Assembly (NCBI RefSeq): GCF_963921235.1
Contig: NC_086118.1
Span: forward strand, 14,820,001 to 14,880,000
Length of the DNA stretch: 60,000 nucleotides
Direction of reading: 5' to 3'
DNA from: Mobula hypostoma
Lineage: Eukaryota
Of the stretch, positions 10,974 through 24,399 are shown piece after piece (within the stretch, counting starts at the first letter, position 1; each line of letters begins with the position of its first letter). Both the position numbers and the translations under genes were made by a program. The notes below the pieces were generated by a model. The model saw only the letters and a program-made list of their open reading frames with translations, searched no databases and was not told the DNA's origin.

Positions 10974-13514
10974 CTTTTAACACAAAAAAAGGTTATTTTC
11001 CACTTTGCCCTGGATGATGCAAAGCTCAAGTATTCATTAAAATGAAAAAATATTAGGTCATATTTCTGAACTACTGGTGTATAGATGGTAGAAGATTTTG
11101 TTAAGACTTAGCCCGGACTACCAACCTCTGGGCTGCTCTTGTGAAAACATATTCATCTGAGTGGCTCATTTAAATCTCAATTAAATGGTGTTGATGGGCA
11201 GGGTCTGGTGGTGGTGAGAACACCGAGCATCATGAAAAGTTCTTTGCTGGAACTGCTCATTGTCTAGCATTTGTGTAATATAAAGGTATTGGAGATTATA
11301 AGAGATATAGTGGGGAACAGTCCCTTCCAGTCCAACATTTGTGCCACCCAGCAACCCCCCTATTTAACCCTAGCCTGATTCACAGGGCAATTTCAATGAC
11401 CAATTAACTGGAGTACTTGGAGGCCATTGTTACCAGGACAACCCCAGGGATGCCAGTGGAGGGATTGGACGGAGCTGGATTGTAACTAAAAGGCATGATA
11501 CTTTGATCATAGCAATTGCAAGTGCCTGTTTGATTAACCTGTATAATTGCTCTCCCAATTTCGGCACATCCCCTGTGCTGAGATGTTGAGGTGGATATAA
11601 CTTTGGTCAAATCTGATCCCCATGCAGTTTTGAAATGGCTGTTAGAGACAGCCAACTATGCCGTGACTCTGATGTCACATATAAAGTGCACAAAGACAAA
11701 GACATTTATTTCCTAAAAGCCAGTAGTTGAGCTCAATGATTTCTTAGTATCACAGTAAATTATTGTAAAATTATTAGTTTCTAATTATTAAAGAATGTTA
11801 TTTTTTTTTATTTCTATTTCTCCTTGCACTCTTCTGGTGCATGCTGACACTTTATTGTAATGCCTGCACTGTTTTGTGCACTTTATGCAGTCCTGGGTAG
11901 GTCTGTAGTCTAGTGTAGTTTTTGTGTTGCTTTACGTAGTTCAGTGTAGTTTTTGTATTGTTTCATGTAGCACTATGGTCCTGAAAAACGTTGTCTCGTT
12001 TTTACTGTGTACTGTATCAGCAGTTATGGTTGAAATGACAATAAAAAGTGACTTGACTTGACTTTAGCCAATACAGAGGAGGAGTTCTTTTGACTGCTGC
12101 AGTATCTAATGTAACTAGCCAGCAAGAACTGACAGACATGCTTAACATATTCATGTGAAATAAAGCAAGATCATCTTGATAATCACAAATCTGATATCCT
12201 CATTAGTTATAGCTCAGGAGGTAGAACTGGAAAGACTAATGAAACCTAAACTAACTAACTAAAACCACAAGTAACTTAAAACAGCTGCAACTGCAGACAA
12301 TTTATCAGCAGAAAAAAGAAGCGCAAAGAGTATCTCCCTCATTCGCTCTCTTACAGGAGGGATCTCCACTGAAGATAGATAATGAATATGGGGTCAGCTA
12401 CCTGCTTTACCACTTACTCATCATGACTGAGAAGAAACAAGGGGTATACAGTATATAATGAGAGGTAACTTACATCAGCCAACATTTCTCTAGTAGATGT
12501 TAAACTAATCTCTGAAATTGCCTGAAATATCCTTCACCAATAGGGTGATGCATATAGCCATTACTCATCCCAACCCTAACTGCCCTGTAACCCTCCCTAT
12601 CAATAAGTGAACGCACCAAGAAATCTTCAGACTCCCACAGCAACCAGCCGTTTTTAAGAACATGAGTGCTGAAGGTTGAGAGGTCAACAAGTAAGCCTAT
12701 CCCATACTTTAGAGGGTTCATACACCAGGACTGATCTTTAGACTGAATTCTTCTGGCTAAAAGCATTGCTCGTCTACGTCCCACAATTTTCCATTCCCTA
12801 TAATGAATGAATCATGATCCAGCAGGAGAGCAAGAATGTTCACGTGGCTTACCCTACCGTTCAGAAGATATTAAATTCAATTTTCAATAAACCTTAATGC
12901 AGAATCTGAGGGAACGGTGAATCTTTGCCTGAGGCATTAAGCCAAATTTGATCTGCCTTCGCACTTGTAATTAAACAGGCCTAGTTTGAAGAACAGTGAA
13001 GTTCTCCCAGTGTTCCAGCCAATGTGTCTCTCTCAATCTATACCTATCCTGCAACTGTGACTCTACTTCAAAAGTATTGTATCTGCTATGAAACGTTTTG
13101 GGATATCCTGTGGATACAAAGGCAGTTTAGAAAAATAAGACTTTTTTCACTACATCTCTCACATAGAGAACAAAAGGAAAACATATTTAGTCAAATCTTT
13201 AGTTCTCCTTTGTTTGCATTTGTTTTATACAAGACTGCTTGATCCTCATTCAGTTGTTACATTTTTTTCAGGAAACATCATTCATTCATTTCTTTGAGCT
13301 TAACTATTTCTTCAGTGCTCAAGAGAAGCAACAAGATCTGAGCAAGTTCATAGTTACACAAGTTACAGTACAGAACTTACACTACAGAAGTTTCACACAG
13401 CACAGAAACTTAGTCTGTAGCCACTGAGACTGTACTGCTAATCAATGAGCACCCATATCTACTAATCCAAACTTTATCATTTATTTTCCCCACATTCCAA
13501 CATTGACCTAATTT

Positions 13515-13860
13515 CATTATCATCATCAACATCATGTGTCGTATAATGTGGGCAATCATGGCCTATCCATGACCATGACTTGGGAAATTTTTCAACAGAA
13601 GTGGTTTGCCATTGCCTTCTCCTGGGCAGTGCCTTGTAAAGATAGATGACCCTAGCTATTATCAATACTCTTCAGGGATTGTCTGCCTGGTGTCAGAGGT
13701 CACATAACCAGCACTTGTAATATGTACCAGCTGCTCATACAGCCATCCACCACTTGCTCCCATGGCTTCAGGTCATCTTGCCCAAGGGTGACCAACAGAC
13801 TAATGAAGAAGCATGTTACACCTCCATTGGTAGAGACGTATCTCCACCCCAGCACCCAAA
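13515..13860 (-). mobile_element. RTE-related short retroelement
   Basis: gaagtggtttgccattgccttc, a BovB/RTE-type terminal motif, and a (GAT)n-like tail. Confidence 0.6.
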
Positions 13861-13904
13861 TTTACTAAGACCAATTAACCTATAAACTTGCTTGTTTCTG
13901 GAGA

Positions 13905-14730
13905 TACACATCTGCAGGAGAATTGAGAATATGTACAATGAAATGGGCTGTCAACGTTTCGGGTTGAAACCCTTCATTTGGACTGAAAGACTGAGTGGAA
14001 GTAGTCAGTACGAAGAGGTGAGGGGAAGGATTGAAGCAAGAGATGGCAAGTGATAGGCGGACCCAGGTGAAGAGGGGAGATAGGCAGATGGAAGAGAGAT
14101 GAGTGAGGCACCAGGCAGATGCAACAAAGAGTTGCAGGTGATGGAATCGTTTAGGGAGGGATGGTCGAGTATGGAATCAGAAAAGGAAGATGGGGTGAGT
14201 AGATGGGAGCAGTAAGGGGAGGGGATCTATCAGAAGGAGTGAATAGTTGGTGAGCAGATGCAGTAGTGGAGAAGGAGAAAGAAAGACGGTGATAAGGATT
14301 ATAGAGGGTGTAGGAGGAACTAGATCGATGAGGAGGAAAGATAAAAAAGACAGAGAGGAACAAGTTACTTGAAACTGGAGAATTTAATGTACTCAATGCT
14401 GACAAGCTCAAATAATAACCACAATTTACTTTCCAAGTTTCACATTCCATTCTAGTGGATATTCTGCAACTCTAAGCACTATTAGTTTTACCAATGCATT
14501 CAAGAAGCCACATGCTTATATGACTAGGCCAACAACAGTTAATACATTGCTCCATTCATTTCATGGGGTTGTACACTATCAAGGTGGAATGTTTGTGTTT
14601 GTCCTCACCCCAGTAGTGGAGGGGTCTGAAGACAGATGGGCTGAGTGGGAATGGGGAGGGCAAATAAAATGGCTAACAAACAATATCTCTAGAAAGCCAT
14701 AAAGTTCAGAGCTCAGGTGCTCAGCAAAGA
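13905..14730 (-). mobile_element. Decayed Penelope-like 3' region, interrupted by a 165-bp local duplication
   Basis: Similar to 2100-2700. Degenerate hammerhead-type motif (rc tgaagggtttcaacccgaaacgttga) near 13951-13980. Confidence 0.65.
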
Positions 14731-15044
14731 CATTTGGGGAGGAAACGCATAAGGTCATCGGGAGGAAATGCAAACTCCACATAGAGAGCACTGGAGGATA
14801 GGTCGGAAGCAGTCTGCTGGAGCTGTGGGGCAGAAGCACCAACTGATGTGCCGTTGTATTAGCATAAGATATGTCAGCGAATCAGCTGCCAATCAAAATG
14901 AATAACTAATTCACTGTCTAACGTAAGAGTGGCCAATTTCTTGCTGTCATATAATTATCGAACTCAAACTTTATATATTCAACAAAAGTCTACTTTGCAT
15001 GTAATAGAGGTCAGTGCAGTTTAAGGGAATGCTGACGTGATTAC

Positions 15045-15160
15045 CTTTCCCGGATAAACTCTGCCATTTCTTTTTGCATTTGTTTGCCTTTGAGCTGTTT
15101 CACAAGGATAATATCAAATCCAGCAATCGAGTTATTGCTTTGTGTCTCCTTTTTGTCAGC
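15045..15160 (-). CDS. GAS7: GAS7 coding exon, 116 bp: ADKKETQSNNSIAGFDIILVKQLKGKQMQKEMAEFIRE(R), start of the FCH/F-BAR domain
   Basis: Acceptor ttctcaacAG and donor GTaatc. Matches GAS7 ADKKDPQGNGTVAGFELLLQKQLKGKQMQKEMSEFIRER. Phase is compatible with both neighbouring exons. Confidence 0.96.
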
Positions 15161-16174
15161 CTGTTGAGAAAGCAAAAGGAACATTTGAACGAACGATAAT
15201 ATATTAGTTTCAGGTTTTAGCTAAGGAATTCTTTTGACTTTACATGCACTCAAAATGCTGACAAGCTCAAGTAATAACCGCACATTTTCTTTTAAGTCCA
15301 AGTTTCACATTCCATTCTAGTGGAACTTCTGCCTATCTAATCACTATTAGTTTTATCTTGGCATTCAAAAAGCCACATGGTTATATGACTAGGCAGACAG
15401 CAGTTAATGCAATGCTACTACACACAAAAAAAAAATTAAGGCAAATTTACAAATTCCTGCTGCAGGCAAAATTTGGGTTGTTGAGCATTTTCGCTCTTAA
15501 TTCCCTGATTATTGCAGCCAGCAACTGGGAGCCCAAATCTGAGCATCAATGTTAACAGCAGCTCAGTGTTGACTGCTTGCTTAAGAATTAGAAAGATTGG
15601 ATCAAGACCACATTTTCGACACGAGACACACTAGTGGTGTTTAAAAAGTGTGTGACACTGTCAGAGGAAGCATCTTTTACAATGAGATACTGCCCAACAG
15701 GCATTTGTGCAAGATTCTCTGCAACTATTTGCAAAACATAGGAACATTCAATTGAGCTAACATGGTTAGTTCCTCAACATCATTATCAACACAGACAATT
15801 TTTGCATTATATTACGTACAAATTAGCTACAGTGGTTCCTACATTACCAAAGTGACAGCACTTCAAAAGCACTTTGGGGCATCCTGAAGCCATGAAATTT
15901 GTCATATGAATGCAAGCCTTTTTCCTTTCAATGGCCACCTTCTCACACACCTCATGGCAATTCAGCACAAGAGCAGGAAAGATAGAGGGCTGGGATTATG
16001 TCTGCACAATCTCTGAGTCAGGGACACTGGGGAGGGACAACCTAAAGAGAGATAAGAGAAAACAACTTGACGAGAAGAAACAGATGAATGATAAGACAGT
16101 GAGAATGAGACGAAAAACACCAAAAGAGAAATACAAGTGAAAGATAGATACAGGCTGCAATATTTGATTCAAGC

Positions 16175-16840
16175 TGAAGTCCTCTCTTTTGTTACTTTAG
16201 GAAGACTAAGCCTGCACTGCTCCCTGTTACTACTGATGGTGAGGAAATGGATGTTGTGAGGACATACAAGTACCTGGGGGTGGACCTGGATGACAGACTG
16301 AGTGGAGCACCAACACAGAGGCTGTGTACAAGAAGGGCCAAAGTCACCTCTACTTCCTGAGGAGACTGAGGTCCTTTGGAGCATGCAGGCCACTCCTTCA
16401 CATGTTCTAACAGTTGGTTGTCACAAGTAAAATCTTCTATGTGGGGGTGTGCTGGGACAATAGCATCACACTAGCTCTGTTATTGAAGCTGTGGTAGAAC
16501 AAAGGACCCTACAGAAAATCCTGGCAATTCTGGACAATGTTTCTCAACCTCTGCATGCCACCTTGGCTGAACAGAGGAGCACTTTTATTAATAGACTAAT
16601 ACAATTGCACTGCTCCAAAGAGCGCTATATAAGGTCATTCTTACCCTCAGCCATTAGGCTCTATAATGAGTCAACCTATAGCCGGAGAAGTGATGATCCC
16701 CTCCTGTTAAACTGCTTGTGGTAACTTATGTTTTTGTTCTTTCCACTTCTCTTCTAATATTTGTATATTTGTTTATCTGTGCATTTGCAATGCTACTGTG
16801 ACACTGTAATTTCCTGTGGGATCAATGAAGTACCTACCTA
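16175..16840 (+). mobile_element. Rex-like LINE 3' fragment; a related piece lies at 20330-20565
   Basis: YKYLGVDLDDRL and RSFLPSAIRLYN peptides. Confidence 0.8.
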
Positions 16841-17599
16841 TAATAAGTTGGTGCATTATTAAACTGGGACAACTAATGTGCTCAGCTTTAAGTAATTTTT
16901 CATTATATTAATTGCTTATTTTACTTATAACAAATTCAAAATTTATGTTTGCATAACATTCAGTTCAATGCTTTTTAATTGTCCATAGGTTTCTGCCAAT
17001 TTCATGTGTATTCTTTGAGCTGTGCTGAAATCATCTGAGAACTGTGAAGGGAACATGCAGGCTCAACCTACCATCTTCTACACTTCGAAGAATACTTTGG
17101 GGAGTTTTAATGGCCACCTAACTGGAGCTTCAGCTTAACACCAAAACAGAACAAAAATTTGTTGATACCCTTTTCAAAGGAGAAGGTGGCAATGTGAATA
17201 CAAGTCACACCCAGACCTGAAGTGGCAACAAATATTTTTCTTCCCAGAGTTGGGAATCCAAGAATTAGAGGGCAAAGGTTTGAGGTGAGAGGGGAAAGAT
17301 TTAATAGGAACATGAGAAGCAACAATTTTCACCCAGAGAGTATATAGAATGAGTTATCAGTGGAAGTGGTTGATGAGCAGGCATGTAGACAACATTTTGA
17401 AAGTATTTGGACAGGTACATTGACAGAAAAGGGTTAGAGGGAGATGCGTGAAATGCAGGCAAATGGGACAAAGTTATCTGTGAATCTTGGTGGGCAGGAA
17501 TGGTTGGGCTGAAGGGCCTGTTTCCTGCAGTATGACTCTCTGATTGTACTCCCTGAAAGCACTGCCCCTACTCAAAACACAAATGGCAAAACTGCTTAC

Positions 17600-17689
17600 C
17601 CAGAAATAATCGCAGTAGCTCCAATCACCTGGTTTGAGAAGCTGCTGTTCAGACATTGCATCAGGATGGGGAAACGTAATGCAATTTAT
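17600..17689 (-). CDS. GAS7: GAS7 (growth arrest-specific 7) internal coding exon, 90 bp, phase 0/0: INCITFPHPDAMSEQQLLKPGDWSYCDYFW
   Basis: Acceptor tttaaacAG and donor GTaagc. The peptide closely matches vertebrate GAS7 INCVTFPHPDTMPEQQLLKPTEWSYCDYFW. Confidence 0.96.
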
Positions 17690-18255
17690 CTGTTTAAAGA
17701 AAAAAGAAATATTCTTTTAATTCCTTCTATTAATTATTAATCAAACAATCAAAAGTGAACGTGGCTGAGTTTCAATACAACAGAGTCTGTACTATCGGCG
17801 TAATGAATGTTTAGACGATAGAACACTGAACCTTCTGTAATCAAAGTGCTGCAACCAGGCAAAAAGTAATGTTACAAATTTTTAAGTGCTGTGTTATGAT
17901 TTATTCAATTCCTTAATCCTGCAATAATCCTTATCTTTGACCTTCTTTAATAGTGACATTGAATGGCTTGGTAAGCAATCCAAATGTCAATGTCATAGGA
18001 CACAATTCTTGACTCTCCTGATCTGGCAATACAGAAGGATCTTCAGACACTGATACAGGAACGCTTGTAGTGAGATGACTGCCTTTGTGTTCCGTCATTC
18101 AAACAAGTTAATCCTGCAGAGGTTAATTAATTTGAGTGGAATGGGAATGCTGATCGAGGACCTGTGGCTCATCAGCTGTAATAGTGCAGTCCCATGTGGA
18201 ACAATTCAGAATTTATTACCTCTATTACTGCTTTAGTCACATTTCATTAATTTAT

Positions 18256-18562
18256 ATAGGCATCCGTTAGTCTCGTGAGACCATGGATTTGCGCCTTGGA
18301 GGGTTTCCAGGGCGCAGGCCTGGACAAGGTTGTATGGAAGACCGGCAGTTGCCCATGCTGCAAGTCTCCCCTCTCCACGCCACCAATGTTGTCCAAGGGA
18401 AGGGCACTAGGGCCGATAAAGCTTGGCACCGGTGTCGTCGCAGAGCAACGTGTGGTTAAGTGCCTTGCTCAAGGACACAACACGTTGCCTCGGCTGAGGC
18501 TCGAACTAGCGACCTTCAGATCACTAGACTGATGCCTTAACCATTTGGCCACGCGCCAACAC
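18256..18562 (-). mobile_element. Young tRNA-derived SINE with a CORE-like central motif
   Basis: Reverse complement: gtgttggcgcgtggccaaatggttaagg (A box), gttcgagcc (B box), gtgtccttgagcaaggcacttaac. CpG-rich. Confidence 0.85.
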
Positions 18563-20589
18563 TTATTAATTGATAGTAAATTATTTGATTCAGAATAATC
18601 TCAGTGTTGATGGTGATATTCACGATAGGAACATCCGTGCTTGCAAAGCTGCTCTTAGCTGTCATCATATATAGAGGAATAATAATCACCCATCATTTTT
18701 TATTAAATGAAAAAATCTTTCAAAAGAAAAGCCCACCATATGAGGTTCTCCCACCACTGGACACTGAGTACCTGAGAATTGTTAAATCTTCTTAAAAGAA
18801 TTGCTGAGGGGATGCCTGAGAAAGGAAACCTGACGCAACGTAGATATTATAAGTAAAAATGTGCATGGTATAGTGAATGTATCATATAAGTTTAATGAAT
18901 AAAGTATAATTTGTAGGAAAAAAACACCATCACCTCAGAACATATGGACACATATTTTGAGGTGTGGATATCATTATTGCTCCAAAGATGTCAGAATGAT
19001 AACTAGCCACGGAAGAAAATTCTCTGAATGCAATTAGAAGGAGGAAGGCAGGCTATAATTCTAAAATGTTCCATGCTATAAAAATGTCTTGGAAGTTTGA
19101 ATGACCATTTGAATGCTGGAGGCACTCAAATCAGGCTCCATCTATGGAAAGAGAAACGGTGAATGTTTCAGGGACAGGACGCTTCATCAGAACAGTGAAG
19201 GAGAATTTGCTTCCTTAGATGAGATCTTATATCAGAGTACAGGACCCAAGGCTACAACCTTGCAATACAGAGCCAAAATATCAGCCAAATGAAGAAAACT
19301 AGTAGATAGAAGCTTGGAGTCTCTTTTTTCAAGTAGCTGATACTGTATTTATTAAAGGCTTGAAATCACTTCCACGAATTAGCATGAAAATATCTCAAAA
19401 TAAATCCTACAAGTTTATGGCCAATCGAGTGGGATTCTGCAGAACTCCAACTGATTAGCTTAGATGGTGTAATAAAGCAGCATCTTTTGTCAAAGTAAAG
19501 CACTTTTGATTGTGTGTTGTAGTGGATGAAAACACCACCATCAACACTGCAATAATGATTAAACGTTTTAAAATAGTCAATGGGTGATAATTATTAACCC
19601 AGAATACATACACAATTACACTGCTGTTCCTTGATATTGTACCATGGGATAATTTACATCAACTATTGAGAAGAGGCATGGCTCGGCTTAACCTTCCATC
19701 CTCTTGAAAGGTTTTCTCCCCAAAAATGCCATACCATTGAACTCAAAACAAAAATGTCAACCTTGATGGTTAGCTCAATTCTCTAAAGTGCATCTTGACC
19801 ACAGCCCATTTGGCTACCAGCTGAGAAACAGCTACCCCAGGATACTCAGTTATGCTACTTCAAGGTCAAAATTGTGGGGATTGGATAGAAAGAGAATTAA
19901 GGTTGACCAACACCTATATTATTGAATATCAGACCAAGCAGAATGTTTCCTGTCCTAATTTTATATGTTAATGTTTATAATGTAAGAGGCAGTACTGGGT
20001 GTTTCCACGAGTGGGAGCGTCACAAACAAGAGATGATAGTTACAAAATAAGGGTCTGGTCATTTAACTTAAAGATACTTTCAAGGACACTTCATTTCATG
20101 CTCTCGATATTTATTGCTTATTTATTTATTATTTCTTTTTGTATTAGAACAGTCTGTTAGTTTTTGCACACTGGTTGACCCCCCCCCCAGTAGGTGATTC
20201 TATGATGGTTATTGGATTCATTGATATGTCCTCAAGAAATGAATCTGTGTTATATATGGTGACATATATGTACATTGATCTACTTTGAACTTTGAAGTTT
20301 TTTTTCTCAGAGGAGAATGCATCTACTATGGGAATCTCTGTTATAGGAGTCAAACTGGACACACTGGAGGCTGTGGTAGAACAAAGGACCCTACGGAAAA
20401 TCCTGGCAATTCTGGGCAATGTTTCTCACTCTCTGCATGCCACCTTAGGTGAACAGAGGAACAGTTTTAATAATAGACAAAGACAACTGCGCTGCTCCAA
20501 AGAGCACAATATGAGGCCATTCTTACCCTCGGCCATTAGGCTCTATAATGAATCAACCTATAGCTTCAAACCAACACTTTCATTCTGAT

Positions 20590-23500
20590 CATGCCTAGAT
20601 GGCATATACCTTAACATTCAGCTTGACTGGTACAACAGCTCTCAATCCCCACATCAGGCAACATCAGTCAAGGGCAATTTCATCCTGGCATTGGTAAAAA
20701 TGGGGAAACTACAGTTTCTACTGCATATTCTAGCCATTTTGGGTGGCCACGTAGACCAGAGACAGTGTGGGGTCTTTTCTGTTTCCCTTTGGACCATCTC
20801 TGCTATAAATAGGGAGACTTCTGATTTGCACTGGGGAGGATACATCAAGAGGAGTATCCTCTTTTGTAAATTTTTCAGGTATTTCCTTTTCCTAGGGGAA
20901 ACAATATAATTCATCAGCATTTCCAGGATTAGTTGTCCTCTTGAATTTCATCTTGTAATTGGGTCCTCCAAGTAACAGAGCCCATCTGTGCATTTGTGCT
21001 CCTGCTGTTGGTGAAACACCCTTCTGTGGATTGAAAATGGACACCAGTGGTTGATGATCAGTAATGAGGGTGAACTCTCTCCCATACAAGTACTGGTTGA
21101 ACTACTTTACAACCAAAACCAGACTCAAGGCCTCTCTGTCAATCTGTACATAATTTTTCTCTGAAACGGCAAGGGAACATAATACAAAAGCTATGGGCTG
21201 TTCACTTCCATCACGTGTAACATTGGACATGATTGCTCCTATACCAAAAGGCGAGGCATCACAGACATGCTTCATTCGACAATGTGGATCATAATGTGTG
21301 AGTACAGTGTATGACGTCACTATTTCCTTTGTCTTTTGGAAAGCCACGTCACGCTAACTTGTCTGTTCCTTCCTGATCTGTAGGAATGAGTTCATGGGAT
21401 GGAGCACTGTAACCAAGTTTGGCATGAACCCGTTTTAGTAATTGCCAATCCTAAACAAGACAACACTATGATATATCCTTTGGCCTTGGGGCATCCACCA
21501 TTGCTTGAATTTTCTCAGCACACGTGTGTTATGCTTGTGTGTCAATGGTGTAGCCACAGTAAGTGATGCTTAGTTTAAAGAATTTACACTTGCATTGTGC
21601 TCTGAGCCTATAATGTTCTAAACTTTTTAACATTGTCTTGTGATTTTGGCGAAGTCCTTTGTCACCCTTTCCAGTAACAATGATGTCATTCAGGTAACAC
21701 TGAGTGCCTGGGCAGCCTTGCAGCACCTGGTTCATAGCTTTCTGCTAGAGTGCAGGTGTAGATGCTACTCCAAAAATAAGCCTATTATTGTAATAAAACC
21801 CCTTGTGAGTGCTTATGGTGAGAAACACTTAGCACTCTTCATCCATCTTCATCTGTAGGTAGGCCTCAGCTAAGTTCACTTTGCTGAAGTGTTTCCTTCC
21901 AGAAAGGTTTGCCAGAATATCCTCTGTCCTGGGCAGAGTGTACTGATCTACTTTCAGTACTGAGTTGATGGTGACTTAAAGCCTTCACAGATCCTGACAA
22001 TCCCATCCTTCTTGGCTACTGGGACCAATGGTGTTGCCCAGGGGCTCCACTCAACCTTGGAAAGAATTCCATGCAGTCTAGCTCACTGGCTACTATATCA
22101 CTGATGGTATAAGGAAATGGACCGGCTTTGTAAAACTTGGGTGAAATATTTAAATTTAACACTATTTTAACCCTTGATATGTTTGAGTTTTCCAATGCCA
22201 CCCTTGAGCACCTTTCTTAATTTGTTTTCAGTTGACTCTATTGCAGCGGATGTGGTATCTCAATGGTGGATGGATCTTCAATCAAGCTTTAATTGCCTCA
22301 GCCAATCACAACCCCACAATGCTGGCCCTCCTGTTTTTACAAGCCTAATGTGGCTTGTTGGTTGTTGTATTTCTCTGTTACAAATGTCATTCCCACAGAA
22401 GTCATCTCTTCTCCAGTATAAGTTCTTAGTTGGATAATTTGCCATTCACTTCTGTTGTAAGCCATATTGCTTGACTCTTGTTAGTTACAATGCTACCTAG
22501 TTCTTGTCGCCATTATTATCAGATTTTTCATCAACAGCATGCAAATTACTGCTCTTTTTAAAATGGCAATTTGACTTTTTACCTTTTTCTCTTCCATGTG
22601 GAGTTCATTTATTTTTGTATGCCTGACATGCTTGGGCTCTTTGTATGTGTCCTACTTTATTGCATTTTCTGCAAATTTCACCTTTATGCAAGTCCCTGCC
22701 ATAACGGCAGCAGAATTTGTTCGGCTAGGCAGGCCTCCATCTAGAGGTTGCAATTTTGTTCACGGTTACTTTCATTCCTGACTGCAAGTCAATTGCAACT
22801 CTGGCTGCTGTTTCCAATGTTATACCACTTTCAGCTGCTCTTTTAAATGTGAATTGCCCTTCAGTTAGGGGCCATTTTTGAATGCTTTCTTGTAAGATTC
22901 CACAAACTAAATGATCTACCAGTGCATTGTTAAGCCAATCACTGAACTGACAACGCTCAGGTAATCTCTTCAATTCAGCTTCGTACACTGAAATGGCCTC
23001 CTCTTCCTTCTGATACCGCTTATGAAACCTGAAGCATTCTGCAGTCAATAATGGTTTTGGTTCTCAGGAGTGCTCATTTCAGCTGGTTTTGTTGGAGCTG
23101 TTCAACATCTTAATAAACTGTATGCTTTTCCATCCAATACACTCCACAAAACCTGCACTCGCTTTTCATTGGTGATGTCATTTGCTTCAAAATACTGCTC
23201 AGTTCATTCAGTATAAAATATCCAGTTATGTTTTTGTGAATTCAAACATGTCTATCTTTTATCTTTCTGATGTAGCCAGCCATCTGGGCCTTTTTTTTAG
23301 ATTCATGATTATTATCACCCGCTACTCACTGTCTATGAACCCTTGAACTTGTCTATTTTCTGTTAAGTGTTAACTCAACCATCTTTCTCTTCCCTTTGCA
23401 AAGAAATAAATGCATTGCACTTTTTTTTAAACCCAAATGTCTCGCTGTGCTTTTATTTAAAACTGAAACTTTTTGCTGCGCTTAAACAGGTCAGCAGCAT

Positions 23501-23779
23501 TCTCAGATTTGTTTAAAATTTCCTCATCGCCACTGTAATGCTTTGTAGCTCCAAAACATAAAACTAAATGAAAGAAGTGAGTCCAAGCAATAAGTCTGCT
23601 AGTTTGGTTTTTAATTTAAGTGAGGTACACACCTATGACATGGTGGAGTCATGATGTATACTATTCATGAACTTTTAAATACAACCTATAAGGAATTATT
23701 TAAATAAACAATGAATGGTTAATCAAACAATATACTTACAATATTACTCAAATATTACTGAAATATTAAATACACAACA
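20590..23779 (-). mobile_element. Decayed Gypsy element of the same family: 5' LTR 23534-23779, PBS 23521-23532, gag, RT, RNase H; 3' part missing
   Basis: LTR TGTTG...TACA; PBS TGGCGATGAGGA (tRNA-Ser(GCU)-type). Peptides AECFRFHKRYQKEEE, QCYLNDIIVTG, CDASPFGIGA, YGREFTLITDHQPL. Confidence 0.9.
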
Positions 23780-24235
23780 AGGGGTAATTCAGCAAGGGGA
23801 AGTACTAATTAACAAGCTCCAAAACCTCGGCCTCTGTACCTCCCACTGCAACTGGATCCTTGGCTTCCTCATCCGGAGATCACAGTCAGTGCACATCAGA
23901 AGTAACATTACCTCCTCGCTGACTATCAACACTGGTGCAGTTCAAGGATGCATGTTTAGCACACTGCTCTACTATGAGTGTGTGGCAAGGCACAGCTCAA
24001 ATGCCATCTATAAATTTGCCAATGGCACAACCACTTTTGGCAGAATTTCAGATGGTGACAAGGAGATGTACAGAAGTAACATAGATCAGCTAGTTGAATA
24101 GAGTTGCAACAACCTTGCACTCAATGTCAGTAAATCCAAGGATTTGATTGTGGACTTCAGGAAGGGGAAATTAAGGGAAACATTGTAGTCCTCATTGAAG
24201 GATCAGCAGTGGAATTGGTGAGCAACTCAGCAGGT
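23780..24235 (+). mobile_element. Rex/Babar-like LINE RT fragment
   Basis: KLQNLGLCTSHCNWILGFL...NTGAVQGC...IYKFA. Confidence 0.82.
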
Positions 24236-24399
24236 CAGGCAACATCTATGGTACTTAATATTTGGCTTGGATATGATAAACCAAAGGGCAAGCTTCTAAA
24301 ATCTGTGACTCTGCACAAAATGAGATGAAGCAAAAATCAGAAGCATGACTAATGCTACATACAAAATTGCTGAAGTTGCAAGGTGAAATGAAAATAAAT

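Noticed and set aside
18490..18562. tRNA-like sequence (also at 26329-26400 and 35598-35670)
   Set aside because: These are SINE heads continuing into SINE bodies, with no complete cloverleaf or Pol III terminator, so they are not tRNA genes.
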